Source: Lama glama (Eukaryota). Taken from it: 64,000 nt of DNA. Position numbers and translations under genes: made by a program. Position 1 is the first letter of the stretch; each line of letters starts with the position of its first letter. Shown in pieces: positions 1 through 13,160 of the stretch. Location of the stretch: assembly GCA_028534125.1 (NCBI GenBank), contig CM052817.1, positions 95,854,001-95,918,000 of the forward strand. Reading direction: 5' to 3'. The notes beneath the pieces are model-generated. The model was not told the DNA's origin, searched no databases, and saw only the letters and a program-made list of their open reading frames with translations.

Positions 1-3000
1 CTGACAGCCAGGCCTGAGTAACTGGATACTGAAAACACCTTGGCCCAGCCGCATTTGTACGGAAGTGGTCAGGATTGGCAAGCAGCGATAGAGACTTCCC
101 GCTCATATAGTGTGTGGGGTATCCAGAGACACCTTTCTGTCCTTAGAGAGGATGAAATGCTCTTTTGAAGAGGCTGTGACTATTGAAATTAACTTTGTGG
201 AAGTAGCAGTATCAAATTCCATTCTTTAAAGTCTGAAATTCCTAATCTTGAAAACTGAGATATGTTCCATTACGGGGAATACTTCACAGGTATAGATAAC
301 CAATTCATTAGCAGAATTTTAAATCCTTTTCTTGGTCTTTTCTGAATAGATGTTGGTCTCTTTCCTGAATAATGATCAGAATCTCTTGAGATTTCTCCAC
401 TTTCCACACATGCAAACGTAATTTTATTGAGCGCTTGCTAGGGGTCCAGTGTGCATTAATTTAATCACTTCAATTTTCACTTTCTAGTCATAAAAATCCT
501 TTGAGATTTCTGTTGATTGTCCCCACTTAGCAAAGGAGGAGCTGGAACTCAAACTCAAGCTTGACTTAAAAGGCTTGTTAAGAAGTATTCTACTGTTTGT
601 GTACTCCTTTTATTAGCATATCTCTGGTTTAATTTCATTTTTATAGTGGAATTAATGGATTTATACTGAATACTGAGATATTATTAAGTCTCTATGTGCT
701 GCTTCTTACCCTGGAACTTTGATGAGCTCAAAGAAGGTGATAGACTCTGGGAGAATCTTCCGTAGCTGATTAGGTCAGGGACCTGTGTTCAGTATCTCCT
801 CAGTACCCTCTTCACTGAGATCGTCAGCCTGGCCTTTTTCCTCTATACTTTTTAGGGAAATGTTTTCTGTCTATAAAGGTAATAAATACGTTTTCCTTTT
901 CCTTTTCTTTCTTTCTTTCTTTTTTTTTTTTTTAAGAAATTTCAAAGCAAATAATGACTGGAAAGTATAGAGAAGAAAGCAAGCGCTCCCAAAATTCTAC
1001 CATCTGGAGATAATCAGCCGTAGCAGCTAGGACCTGTCTCCATATATGCATCATTTTACAGAAATGGAATCAGGGACACGCATCCTGATTTTTTTTTTTT
1101 TAACATTAAAAATGCATTCGGTTCTCTGACAATACAGTGTTTAATGGCTGCATGGGAGTACCATGAGTGGGTGGACCACGGTTATGTTTTTTTTAACCAC
1201 TGTCCAATTAATGGACATTTAGGTGTTTTGTAGTTTTTTGCTGTTGTAAACAGCTCTGCTCCTTTGACATGTATCCGGAGCATTTGACCAAGTGTCTCAT
1301 TTGTAAATTCCCTGGGCTTGGAGTCAAAGAGGGTGGCAAATGGCCTCCATCAGGGCAGATGGCTCGTTTTCCCCTATTTTCTCATCAGCCCTTGGGTTAG
1401 CCTTTGATTTCAACAACTTTTCCATTCTAATTGGTAGCAAGTAATATCTCTTTTATATTTCTTTGTTTACTGGTTTGGAATTGAGCAACCTTTCATATGG
1501 GTAGTAACTATAATTTTTCTCCTTTTATGAATGTCAGTTCATGGCTTCTATAGTATTAAAGCAAAATATTGTACGGTATTGAGAATCTATGATAAAGAAT
1601 ATGGTTAAATAATAATAAAAAAAGAAACAGCTCTCTGTAGCAGTTGCCTTTTAAGTTTGAAGAAACTTATTTTCTGTTATTCGTTGTAGTTTAACCCTTA
1701 GGGAAGGGAGGGGATTATCATTCCAACGCCGTGGAATCTTTTTCTTTTAAAAAAATCTTTGCTATGAGAATATTTTGATTAGAAGTGAACGTTTCATTTT
1801 TCAGTCCATTTAATTAATTTTCAAACAGACTTGCATATCATGTCTTAGAAGTTTCTTGCTCATTCATGATGGGGGTTTAGATCTAAAGTAATACAGCAGG
1901 AAATAAACTGTAAAGTTGTATCTTCAGCTTTCTTTTGATAGGAAATGATTGTTATTAATTGTTCACAGTCCATTCTGATGCTTTGCAAGTTTGCAGCTCC
2001 TGGCAGAATTCTGTGAGATTAATGTCCTGTGCTCTTATTACACACACACAACTTCGAAAAGGAACTGTTTTGTCTTGAGGATAATGGGGGCAGAGGCAGA
2101 GAGTGAGGAGCATATTAACGAAGTTGAGACTAAATGAAGCCATCAACTTAGTTCATCAAATCAAATTTCTGTTTTCTGTTTTGTGGTGTTGTTTTTATAG
2201 AAAATACCACATGAAATTAGAGACTCAGAGTTAGAGACGTAGATTTTCATCTTTAAACAAAAAAATCATCAGGTCAAATTTTGCAAAATTGCTATCATCT
2301 TAACACAATGAAAAGGATTTACTTGAGCAGTTTCCTTGAAAGCTCCCTAGAATGTTTTTGGCCGTTTTTCTATATTAGTCTGGATTTGCAAATGTCCTCA
2401 CTGGAGCCACACGGAAAGGGACGTGTTGTAATGCAATATGTCGCCCCGTGTTCTCAAGCTGCTCTTCACTGTGAGTCACAGCTTTAAGATGTTCTTTCAG
2501 GACCACCTGCTGTCTCCTCTTCTCTATTATTGTAACAGATTGTGGAGGCTTCCTCTTAACCCTGGAGTACATTCGTCTGCTGCGGGAGAGGTTGTGAGAG
2601 AATGAGATAAATCTGCCAGACCCGTACTTCATTTGGTGGCTTAAGTAAGAAATGCCACTGGACATGAGGTGTCTTGGCTAGTGGTCATTTGTTCCTGCAT
2701 AATTGCCCACTCCTGGTTTTAGCTTTCAAAGAATGGTACTTTATTTGGAATATTCTTACTGTGTTACTTTTGTGAAGACTGTAAAAGTTGTCATTACAAC
2801 ACGTACCACGAGCGAATCAGCAGTCCGTTGTTCTTCCTGCCAGCAGTGGGTGCACCACGGCTCTCACCCTGTATGCTTCTTAGCCTTCATTCAGACTGGC
2901 AGAGAGCAGAGATGGGGATTTTTTTGTGCTTCAGTCTGTTGAGTTTCATTTACAGTGTGAATTTTTATATTAAGCATGTAAGTGCTTATGAATAAAGAGA

Positions 3001-3077
3001 TCATCAGCCCTAAGGTATACCCTGTAAGTTTCAACTCTTTGCTTTGTACATCTTCTCTTGACTCACTCTGTCTCCAG

Positions 3078-3191
3078 GGGTCCTGGCTTGCCTGGATGGC
3101 TACATGAACATTGCCTTGGAGCAGACGGAAGAGTATGTAAATGGACAACTGAAGAATAAGTACGGGGATGCATTTATCCGAGGAAACAATG
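3078..3191 (+). CDS. LSM6: LSM6 (U6 snRNA-associated Sm-like protein), penultimate coding exon
   Basis: Pyrimidine tract and AG at 3076-3077, GT at 3192-3193. Translates as (G)VLACLDGYMNIALEQTEEYVNGQLKNKYGDAFIRGNN(V), matching the Sm1/Sm2 region of mammalian LSM6 as I recall it. Phases 1/1. Upstream exons lie outside the window. Confidence 0.97.
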
Positions 3192-4009
3192 GTAAAATCC
3201 TTTCACGCTGCAGTTGCACAGTAGCCACAGTGAACCTTTCTGGTTCTAATCAGAATCACCAGCAGGTTTTGTAGATAATTTAAAAGTTTAGTTTGGGTTC
3301 TGCTTTATTTGTTTTTAAATTCTTACGTCTCAGATCTTCAGTGCAACCAGTTCTTTTTTAGATGTTTCTTGGCATTTTGGAACAAGAAATTCTCCTCATC
3401 CTCTTTACTGGTGAGGAACTGAGGGACCTTGATACACTGACCCAGAACTCAGTTCTCTTGAACAAAGGGTGTGATATTCCCACACCATGGCCTCTCACAG
3501 TAGCAGTTGGAGCTATGAGAGTGGCCATTCTTTCCCTGCTGTCTTTGGTTTGCATCATTTGGCAGTTAGCTTGTCCTTTTCTCTATTAAGCATTCAGATG
3601 CCTTTTTGTGGAAGATTTGTATCCTTTAGTTTGGCAAAAATGACAAAATGGGAAATAAGATTCTGAACTTTCCTAGCTTTTTAACAACTTATATATCACT
3701 GTGATTATTATGGTTGCTTTTAAGTACCTCATTTAAAACCACATTATCAATAAAGTCACATTTGAATTTTTGTGGGGGAAAGGGAAGACCTTAAAACTGT
3801 GGGAATTATCCTTTGATGCATCCCCACTTTTTGGTCCCATCCAAATGGGGCTCCAGGACTCTTGATTTTGAATTTTTTTAATTGATGTGCATTCTTTAGT
3901 TCTGAATAACTTCTTTAACCCCCTTAACAACTGGATCTCTTTGCTGTGAACTAAACATCCCGACTTGTGGGTGTTCTGTCTGGTCCTTATCTATTTTATA
4001 TACGTAATA

Positions 4010-4370
4010 TATATCTGTTAATCCTAGCCTCCTAGTTCTGCCTTCCCTTCCCCTTTTGTACCTATAAAATTGTTTTCTATGTCTGTGAGTCTGTTTCTAT
4101 TTTGTAAATAAGTTCATTTGCTGCTTTTTTTTTTTTTTAGATTCCACATATAAGTGATATATTTGTCTTTCTCTAACTTACTTCACTTAGTATGATAACC
4201 TCTTGGTCCATCCATGTTGCTGCAAATGGCACTGTTTCATTCTTTTTTATGGCTGAGTAATACTCCATTGTACACATACCACATCTCTTTTACCCATTCA
4301 TATATTGATGGACACTTAGGTTGCTTCCGTGACTTGGCTATTGTAAATGGTGCTGCTGTGAACATGGAGG
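4010..4370 (-). mobile_element. L1 3'-region fragment
   Basis: Characteristic antisense L1 3'UTR text: gtctgtgagtctgtttctattttgtaaataagttcatttg...agattccacatataagtgata...gtccatccatgttgctgcaaatggc...ggacacttaggttgcttcc. Confidence 0.85.
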
Positions 4371-5113
4371 TCATCACATATCTTTATATGTACCTTTTTT
4401 GTCCTTTCAATGTGTAGGATGTCTTCTCCTGTTTTTAGTATTGTTCTTATTTGACTCTTTCCATTTACTGAGGAATGTTAATGATCTTTCCCCATCTCAA
4501 GACAGCTGCTAGCAGTAGTCAGCTGTGGGTTCTGCGAGTGGTGGGAGGCTGGATCCTGTCACACACACACACACCCCACATCTCAGACTTGTCCAGTTTC
4601 CTAGTAGTGTTTTTACTGTCATTATGGTGCTTCCCTTTGTGAAACTTTTCCCACAGGGCGATCAGTGTTAGTTACCTTTAGACTGTAATTTACATCCTCG
4701 GCTCTTAGAAGAGGATCCTGGCTCATTTGATTAATCTGTGCTATGCCCTTTGATGAAGGTATCTTTTAGTGTTGACTTTGAACAAACCTGTCAGAATCTG
4801 AGTAGGCCTCAGAGGAGGTAGCCTCTGGTGGAGGCTTGCCTGGAGTGGCGCAGTCATCAGATGTCATCTAATTCTTATATACCACATATGCTGAAGAGTT
4901 CAGTTTGGGTAGTCACGAGAAGACTAGCTAAGTAAAACTTTGAGTAACACCAAAGGTTGATACTTTCCAGGGAAATCAGAATAAGGACTTCAGTATCTTT
5001 AAGAAACATGACAAATTCCTCAGCTCTTGTTTATCCTGATATAGTTTAAAAAGGAAACAGCAAGTGTAGTGATTATATTGACGAGATGGATGAAAATAAT
5101 GTCCTTTATTCTT

Positions 5114-5208
5114 TTTTTTAAATTGAAGTATCATCAGTTACAGTGTGTCAATTTCTGGTGTATAGCACAATGTCCCAGTCACGCATATACATGCATATAT
5201 GTGTATAT
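5114..5208 (-). mobile_element. Very short 5'-truncated L1 3' end with 17-bp TSD
   Basis: Poly-T, then aattgaagtatcatcagttacagtgtgtcaatttctggtgtatagcac. Flanked by the direct repeat taatgtcctttattctt at 5097-5113 and 5209-5225. Confidence 0.8.
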
Positions 5209-5589
5209 TAATGTCCTTTATTCTTAACCTGAGGTCTAGCCTGGTAGATTTGCTAATTTACTTCACTGCAATCATAATTATCATACCTACAACTATGAAA
5301 CACTCTAAGATTCCAGAGACTTTCACATAGATTCATCTTACCCATTTGGTCAGGATTTGCCAAGTCAGTCAAGTGTAGCGAAGCCTGGAACACAGTCCTG
5401 TAACATCAAACTCAGGCCTAGATTCATAAAATTAGTCTTGTAGGAGTTCTAGGATCTCTTGTGTGGTATGAAGATTCCTTTGAAATTTGCAGAGGTGTTG
5501 GGCTAAAATCCTGTTTGCTTTTAATTTTAAAACCTGCTATTATGACACCCAAGAACAATTTTCTCAGTTGGTTTATTTTTTCTTTTCAG

Positions 5590-5624
5590 TGTTGTACATA
5601 AGTACACAGAAGAGAAGGATGTGA
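5590..5624 (+). CDS. LSM6: LSM6 last coding exon
   Basis: Acceptor ttttttcttttcAG at 5588-5589. Continues the frame as (V)LYISTQKRRM* with TGA at 5622-5624, the known LSM6 C-terminus. Confidence 0.97.
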
Positions 5625-5970
5625 AGACAGTGAGCATGCAGTACTTCCCATACTCGCATATGGTTTTTATTAAGTTTTTCGTTCCTTTTGTCATATAATT
5701 TGTCCTATTTTGTAATGGTGATTTTTCACTGACGCGTGAGAAAGGTAAACGTGTAACATTGTGGATTTAATTGTAAAACATTCTTTCATATTTAAGTTGC
5801 AACTGTTTCCTTTTACCTCTGTGTCAGTTTGCGGAAAGCAAAAAGAATTTTTTAAAAAAGAAAAGATCTTTCTCTCTTTACACGATTTTTAACTGAAGTT
5901 TCAAGCAGTGCCGTTTGATTTGCCTGCTTTCCTTGTTGGACGGACTGAAGTGACACAGAATGTGAGGATG

Positions 5971-5976
5971 ATTAAA
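5971..5976 (+). promoter_or_regulatory. LSM6: Candidate LSM6 polyadenylation signal (ATTAAA)
   Basis: ATTAAA about 350 nt after the stop codon, followed by U/GU-rich sequence (ttctttatcctgttctcttctgtttgt). I saw no AATAAA nearer the stop. Confidence 0.55.
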
Positions 5977-8959
5977 ACACTGTAGAGATGCCCTTCTTTA
6001 TCCTGTTCTCTTCTGTTTGTCCTGCAAAATGCTGTAGTAAAAATGTCCTACGGGGCATCCAGTTTCAGTCTGAGGCTAAAAAGGGCCCCTGAGGCCAGAC
6101 GTTCAGCCCCTGGTCCATCACCTCGGTGGGAAATAGAATTGGGGACCTACCAGTTGCACTGCCCCGAAAGGAGAAGGAATCCACGTTGACTTGGGGAAGA
6201 GGTTCCAGAGGTTCCAACATGCCAGGTGGGTGTGATCAGTCCCTTTAAGCCAAGTCTGTGCGCTGTCATGTTGTGTCTCCTGTGCGGTTCACTCGGTGGG
6301 TTTTCTTGCCCCCTTTCTGGAGCCCTGGCACCCATGCCATCCTCTCATCTTATGCACACGGTGGGGCAGAGCCATTACTGTGCGCATGCCTGGCATCATT
6401 AGATGAAAGCAAGACCTGGAGCTTGTGAACACGTTCAGGTCCAGAAGCTCAGCTGTAATGGGAAAAGTTTCTCCCCACCGTTGCTTGGGAGAGGCTTCCA
6501 GGAGGCCTTCCTCCCCGGTCCCAGCTGGGTTTGATGCCACGTCTTCCAGGAGCGGAGCACAAGCATCCCCGTTGCAGCCTCTGCATCTCATGGCTCCTGC
6601 TGGGAGGGTTTCCACACTTTATTCATGAGGTTCCCACAACCCTGCTCTATTCCCTGGACAGTTTACGCCGTCTCTAGGAACAACAAATACATCTGGTCAC
6701 TGCGGTTGAATGAACACCAGACAATTGTGTGCCCGCCTTCTTCCCCCACCCCTCGGCATGCTAAGCAGCACTCCTGGTCCAGGAGCCCCGTGTACGTCTC
6801 AGCAGTTTCCTGGTTGAAGGCTGTGGGGGCCAGATGGGGAGGAGGGGAGGGAGGGTTAGGGCTGGGGCTGGAGAAACACATGCAACATTTTGTCTGGTTT
6901 TCGTTTAAAGATCACAGAGTAATTGGAAACAATTATTTTTAAATTAATAACTTGGGAAAGGTGAACAGAAACATTTCACAAGGTTTTACTGGGTGCACAC
7001 CAAAAATCAAACACTTGATGCTGCTCTTCAATAATTCATCACTTCTTGACAGGGGCTTGAAAGGGGTCCAGTCTGTAAGTACAAATCACCAATTTGCTCT
7101 TTTATAAATGACTTCTTTTAAGGAGAAAATGGATGTCCCTCCACATGGAGCATACATGTTCCCATTTGTTTTGTAGACTATGGGGCTGCCAGGTTACCGC
7201 ATCTCTTCACAGCAGCCGCTTCTAAAAGCAATTCCATTGTTATCTCCCACCAATCTGTAGCATCCTATTTTTGCTAACTTCTCCCCTGACCTCCCTTTCG
7301 GTATACATCTTTATTTTCCCCTTGCCATGCCTCTATTCTGATAGCTCTGCCGTAGGGTGGTGTTTTCAGCCATGGAACTACTTTTAATCAAGATGGACTT
7401 GGGAAATGCTCCCATTTTTATGGTAATAAAGGACTGTATTATGTACTTGGACCGATGCAAGTTGTCCCCCGTGTATACCTTTCACATGGTAGAACCGTGA
7501 GACAGTGTAAATGCTCAAATTACTTTGTTCCTAACTGTAGTCTCCTAGAGGTCACTGAGTGATTTCCAGTTGCGTTGTACAAAGTCGTTTGTTCTGGGTG
7601 GAAGAATTTTTCACTTGAGTAAATGCATTTTTTTCCCCCGACTTTCTGCCCCTAAACCCTGCTGCCATGCTCTTTCTCTCAGGCTGTGACAAAACAGTGT
7701 TTAGCGAGAAGCAGAAAAGTTGTGCTTGATTTTTTTTTTAGACTATCTGACTTCATGTTCTGTTTTGGTCTTCTGAGCTATTCCTTGGCTAATCTCCCAA
7801 CAAGTTGAATTGATTCTTAACTTCAGAACTGTTTATCCCCAAACAGAGCTGTTGACAAGTACAAATACAGATGGCAGACATGTGCTGCAATTTCTGTGTT
7901 CCCATCTCAGCATTTAGTAAGGGAATGCTGTTGAGAGATGGTTTACATTTTAAGCTGTTTTATTCAGGGGGATGTGGACTGCATGCTGGGGGTGCTTCGT
8001 TATGTGACAAATAGTAGATGTTTGAGGGGTTTCCTTAAGATCCCAGTGACCTTTGACCTTAAAGGCAGCAGTGACTTGCTGTGTGTGGTTGGTCAGCCGG
8101 GTGCTATAATAACCTACTTTATAAGAATAGAAACAGCCTCGGGGGGAAACATTGTCTTTGACAGTCACACTGACTCATGGTGACCTCAGTACAGCATCCC
8201 GGCCCAAAGGGCCAGTCTGTTCTTTTATTGTGGGCTGACGCTGACCTTTGTCCTCCTCGGAGCAAATGATCCTCAAAGTATTGGCTAGCTCTTCTATTCA
8301 GAGGCAGATCCCAGCCCATTGTGTGGCCAGGGCTGTTCTCCACAGCCAGACTACATCAACCATCCTTTTTCTCTCCTCAAAAAGAAATTGTTGGTGAAAG
8401 GAAGACAAACTACAGTGTTTGTCTCCCGTGACCTCGTTTCTGGAGGTCCTGCCCTCAACAGCATGGCTCTGACTGCCTCTACTAAGATCGCCCCTGATCG
8501 TTGTGGAGCTGGACTCCACCTAAGAGTTAGGCTTGGCCTCTGGGGTCTGAATATCCAGCAGTTACTTTTAATTCCAGCTTGTGCCAGTACCTGGCCTTGT
8601 ACCCACGCATGTCTCTGTTGTTGACTGACCAGCTTTGACTGGCCAGTTGAAGTCTTAGCCGGCGTGGGGGTGGGACCACAGAAGTGGATGGCTGGTGGGA
8701 GAGTGGACGTGACCCCAACTGGTACTTGCTCTGCTCCTCTCAGCCTGCTTCCCTCAGGACATGGGGGAGGCGGCCAGGCAAGTGGGCTTTCAGAAAGTGG
8801 TAGCAGAAGTCAGTTTTCCATTTATTGAATGATGACTGTAGGCAGGCACTGTGCTAGGCCCTGGGAGGAGATAGAAAAGTAAATATGACCCTGTTCATGC
8901 TCTCCATACTGAGTTTGTAGCTTTAGATATTTATGGGAGAAAGTGACGCTGTCTTTTTT

Positions 8960-9080
8960 GGGGGAGGGGGCGGGGGGAGGCTAGTAAGTCTGTTTGTTTG
9001 TTTGTTTGTTTAATGGATATTGAACCCAGGACCTTGTGTGTTCTAAGCACATGCTCCACCACTGAGCTATACCCTCCCTC
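8960..9080 (-). mobile_element. Camelid-type tRNA-derived SINE
   Basis: Reverse complement of ggagggtatagctcagtggtggagcatgtgcttag...gtcctgggttcaat, with an (aaac)n tail. Confidence 0.85.
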
Positions 9081-9804
9081 CAGTTTTTTTTCTAATTGGG
9101 CCAAATTTTTGAGAATTCTTTTTAAATCTGAACACTTTGGATGGATTTGATAATCTCAACTATATGTTCATGTCTTAAAATTCCAGATAGCCTTAAGACT
9201 AGATAATTTTCTTTTTCTTTTTTAGAACTAGATAATTTTGAAATCTGATATTCTCCATCTGTTTGTCCTGTTTCCTCGCAGGCCCATGTGGTTCAAACTC
9301 CCACCTTTATACACTTTTTTTTTCCTATCTAGCAAAAGCCATATTTTGTTTTGATTCATCTGTCTGATTGAAAGATTATCTCTTCTTAGTAGTAATTTGG
9401 GAGTTACAGCAAATAGAAGGTGGACATATTCTAGGATCTTAAATCATGAAACACTGGAGCAGTTGGGGCAGACTAGTTTTTGAGGTATTGTTTACAAAAT
9501 TTTCAATCCATATGGACTCCACTTATTCCAAGTTTTATAATGGAGTGGATGCTGGCGGGTTTGGCCAAATGTTCTACCAATAATTTGGACAAAAGGAGAG
9601 ACCAGTTTGTGAAAAGTTTACATAAAATAATTCTAAAGAAATTTTTACTACCATCATGTGCATGAAGCATTCCAAGTCACTCTTCAGTGTTCATATTAAA
9701 TAGAAGGCCTACTGAACTTGTAATAATGAAAAAAATAAAGAATTTGTAATGAGCATGTTGCTTAAACGTTGAGTGGATGGTACTAGGATACAGGATGACT
9801 TTTT

Positions 9805-10193
9805 TCCCTCCAGGTTATGTATCGTTCATAAACAACCCCCAAATCTCAGTGGTTTGAAACAAACGGTTTCCACTTATGCTGTACATCACAGGGGCCAGCA
9901 GATGGGACTCTGCCCCTGCGGTCACCTGGGGTCTGGGCAGAGCGACACAGCACCTTATGTTTCAACCATCTCAGCGTGCCTCTAGTTTGGTGCCGTCGGG
10001 GAAGGGTATCAAGAATCATGCCCTGGCTCTTAAATGCTTGAGTGACACCAGTCACTTTCACTCCCATTTTATCAGCCAAAGCAAGCTACACGGCTGTGGT
10101 TTACCTTAAGTTTTCAGGGAAGTATAATCTTTTCATGGACTTAGAAGGAGAGAAGACCAGAAATATTGGTGAACAATGGTAATATTTACCACA
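9805..10193. mobile_element. MaLR (MLT1-like) LTR remnant
   Basis: aaacaacccccaaatctcagtggtttgaaacaa ... agaagaccagaaatattggtgaacaatggtaatatttaccaca resembles old MLT1 LTR consensus segments. Ends are approximate. Confidence 0.6.
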
Positions 10194-10198
10194 GTAGG

Positions 10199-10614
10199 TG
10201 TATTATGGTTCTCCAGAGGAACAGAACCAGTAGGATGTGCATCTACCTATCTGTCTATCGGAGGGTGGGAGGCATTTATTTTAGAGAATTGGCTCACACA
10301 GTTGAGCCTGGCAAGTTCAAAATTTACAGGCTTGGCTGGTAGGCTGGAGACCTGGGGAAGAATTGCAGTTCGAGTCCAAAGGCAGTCTGCTGGCAGAATT
10401 TCTTCTGGGAAGGTCAGTGCTTTTCTGTTAAGGTCTTCAACTGCCTGGATGAAGTCCAGCCACACTATGGAGTATAATTCTGCCCTGCTCAGAGTCTGCT
10501 AATTTTAATGTTCATCTCTTCTAAAAATTACCTTCACAGAAACATCTAGAATGTTTAACCAAAAACCTGGGTGCCGTGGCCTAGCCAAGCTGACTCATAC
10601 AATCCGCCATCACA
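10199..10614. mobile_element. ERVL (MLT2-like) solo LTR
   Basis: Starts TGtattatggttctccagaggaacagaacc and ends gcctagccaagctgactcatacaatccgccatcaCA (TG...CA termini). Imperfect 5-bp TSD gtagg/gtatg. Confidence 0.75.
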
Positions 10615-13131
10615 GTATGTTAACCATGTTCTTTGCATTATAAATTTTTCTTAGCGAAGGTAAGTAGTAGACCCAAATCCCAAACTGCAAAGTCTCAGAT
10701 TTTTACTGCATTGAAAAAAAGAATCCTTTCTTTGCTAAGACTAGGGCTAAGGGACCAGTGCTCCTGGGGCTTTAACCAGTTCTTCACTAGGGTGCACAGG
10801 AGACATGGGATTGCTTCCTTTTATGGTTTCCAAGGATGGGTCTGGAGAGATTGCTTTCGCTTGGTTTTGTTGCAGGATAACTTAAAAGTTCCCAGTTAAT
10901 ATATTTTTAGATTTAAAAGAAAATGCAAAAGGTAAGAAGCACCTTTCCACAGAGCAGGGAAGCATTACCCCAAGGCAGACAAATAGGTGTTCTGTTTGTT
11001 CACTGTGGAAAGAGTCATGGAGCCTTCAGTGTACATCACAACCATGCTCTGCGTAAACTGGCTTTCAGAGGCACAGGGTATATATTACATCTAAAACTGA
11101 ACCTCATTACTTAACAGACATAAGGCTTGTATGGTTCTCACTTTTAGTATATTTGAAACCCTTTGCAGGCATCTCTGTCCTGAGAGAGTGAATATGCTCC
11201 CTATTTGTTCAAAGATGTCCAGTTAGTAGGAACTGATCTTTGAGTTGGGCAGAGTCTGCCTCACCCCCTTCGGAGTTCCTCTGGCATGAGCACAGATGCA
11301 GAGATTACTAGGATGATTTCCCCACGCCGAGAGGGTGGTGGAGGATCCCCACGGGGTCACACCTCCGCCCTGATTTCATGAGCAACCTGGGCTAGTTCTG
11401 TCTCCCATTGCGGTCACTGAGCAAGGTAGTCCCCTTTTCCAGACGCGGAAGCCTGAAGCAAAGACATCCCGTGACTTGCCTGGGTCACTTGGGGAGTGAC
11501 TGCAACCAGAGTAACAGTTCCCACTGCTGTTTGATTAGACTCTTAAGTGCTGAGCTCCGTTGATTCCTCCTAGCGTGCATTTAATCAATAAATCAATTTT
11601 CTCTGCTACTCATCCAGTAGTCGCAATAAGAAGGTCCCAAGGTGTGCGCACAGACTACATCCTCCTCGTTCAAAGATGATGGTGCTGACAGTGATTTGTC
11701 GGCGCTCTGCTTGGGTGTGACAGGAAAGATCAATAGGCGGCCAGGGGCCGTTCACACCCGGGCCAAGGGACGGGCTGCCCCTTGTCTGTGTCTGCAGGCG
11801 CTGCGTGCGGAGTCGCGTTTTTTGAGATGACTGTCTCTTAGAATTTGTTCCCTCACCCCTGCCCTCCTCCCTGCCCCAGTCTCCTGAATACTAATTACTA
11901 CACAACAGGCCGTTTCCCAGCAACCCTTTGCTGCATCTTCAGACCCAGTAAGGACAGGAGGGAGAGGTGCAGACGGGCAGTGTGTACATCGGAACCGCCT
12001 TTTCGTCCCTGGCCCAATTCTGGCTGGATCCATTGTCCTTGGTCACAGGTACATGTGCCCGGATGTCGAATAAAGAGACTGAAGCAATTTGGTGCCTCAC
12101 TACAGTGAGACTTGCTGTGCTGCTGGTCCTCTCTGCACCCTGTCACCCTCACGATGTGTGCTGAACTCCCCTACCCCCACGCCTCGCAGCCAGCCCCAGG
12201 CCAGGAAACCACCGCACCCCAACCTGAGCACACCTGGGGCTTAAAATTGAATCAGGTCATGCTGTGTTTCATGTTAGATACATTTTATTTGGTAAGTTTA
12301 CTTACGACTCCTCTTTTGCTGTTTTCCTTACCATTTTTCAGTTTATTATGTAACTTTGTACAAAACAATAACTTTCTAAAAAGCTTTTCATGGAAACTGA
12401 TCACTTTGAAAACTGAGGATAAAGTTCGAGATGCCCAGAGGTGTAATGGGCCTTGATCAAAATGTCCCATTGTGTTTGCACTGCAGGGAGAAAAAAAAAA
12501 AAAAGGAAACTTCTATTTTAAGACGTATTTAAAATACTTCCTAAGAATGGGTGAGAGGTTGAGCTAGAATAGATACTTTCCCCCGATTAGAACAGTGTTT
12601 TCCCAAACAAACCTGTTTCGCCTGTTCAGAGGAATGAAAGTACTGTCTTAACTGAAAGGATAACCAGGGTAAATAATCAAGCCATCAGGCCGAGAGTTTA
12701 AAACCCACTCTTTTTATTAAAAACCAGAGCAGACTTTTAGTATGGTTTCTTTTATTATTATGGTTTGTCCCCATTTAACAGTGAAACTTACCCAGAACTA
12801 ATGCATTCTCTTCTCGAACCATCTCTCCCTCTTCTGTGCGGTGGGAGAGACCAGCTTTTAGACTCTACAGTTCCAGTTCTGACACCACCCCTCCCAAATT
12901 ACACAGGCATTATTTCCCTCCAAGTTGCCCTTCCTCTGAGTTGCCTGTCGATGTCTGTGTTACTCCGACAAGGGGGTGGGGGAGCTGCGCCCAAGTCATG
13001 GTTGACTTTCAGTGGAAGCAGGACTCACAGCCCAGGCAGGGACTCCTTGGAGGGCTGGGGGGGTGAGCATCACTGATGTAGATGCGTTAGGAATTTAACA
13101 AACATGAAGAAAGAGGTTCCTCTCTGATCCA

Positions 13132-13160
13132 TGTGTGTGTGTGTGTGTGAGAGAGAGAGA
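13132..13160. repeat. Compound (TG)n(AG)n microsatellite
   Basis: Directly visible tgtgtg...gagagag run. Confidence 0.9.
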
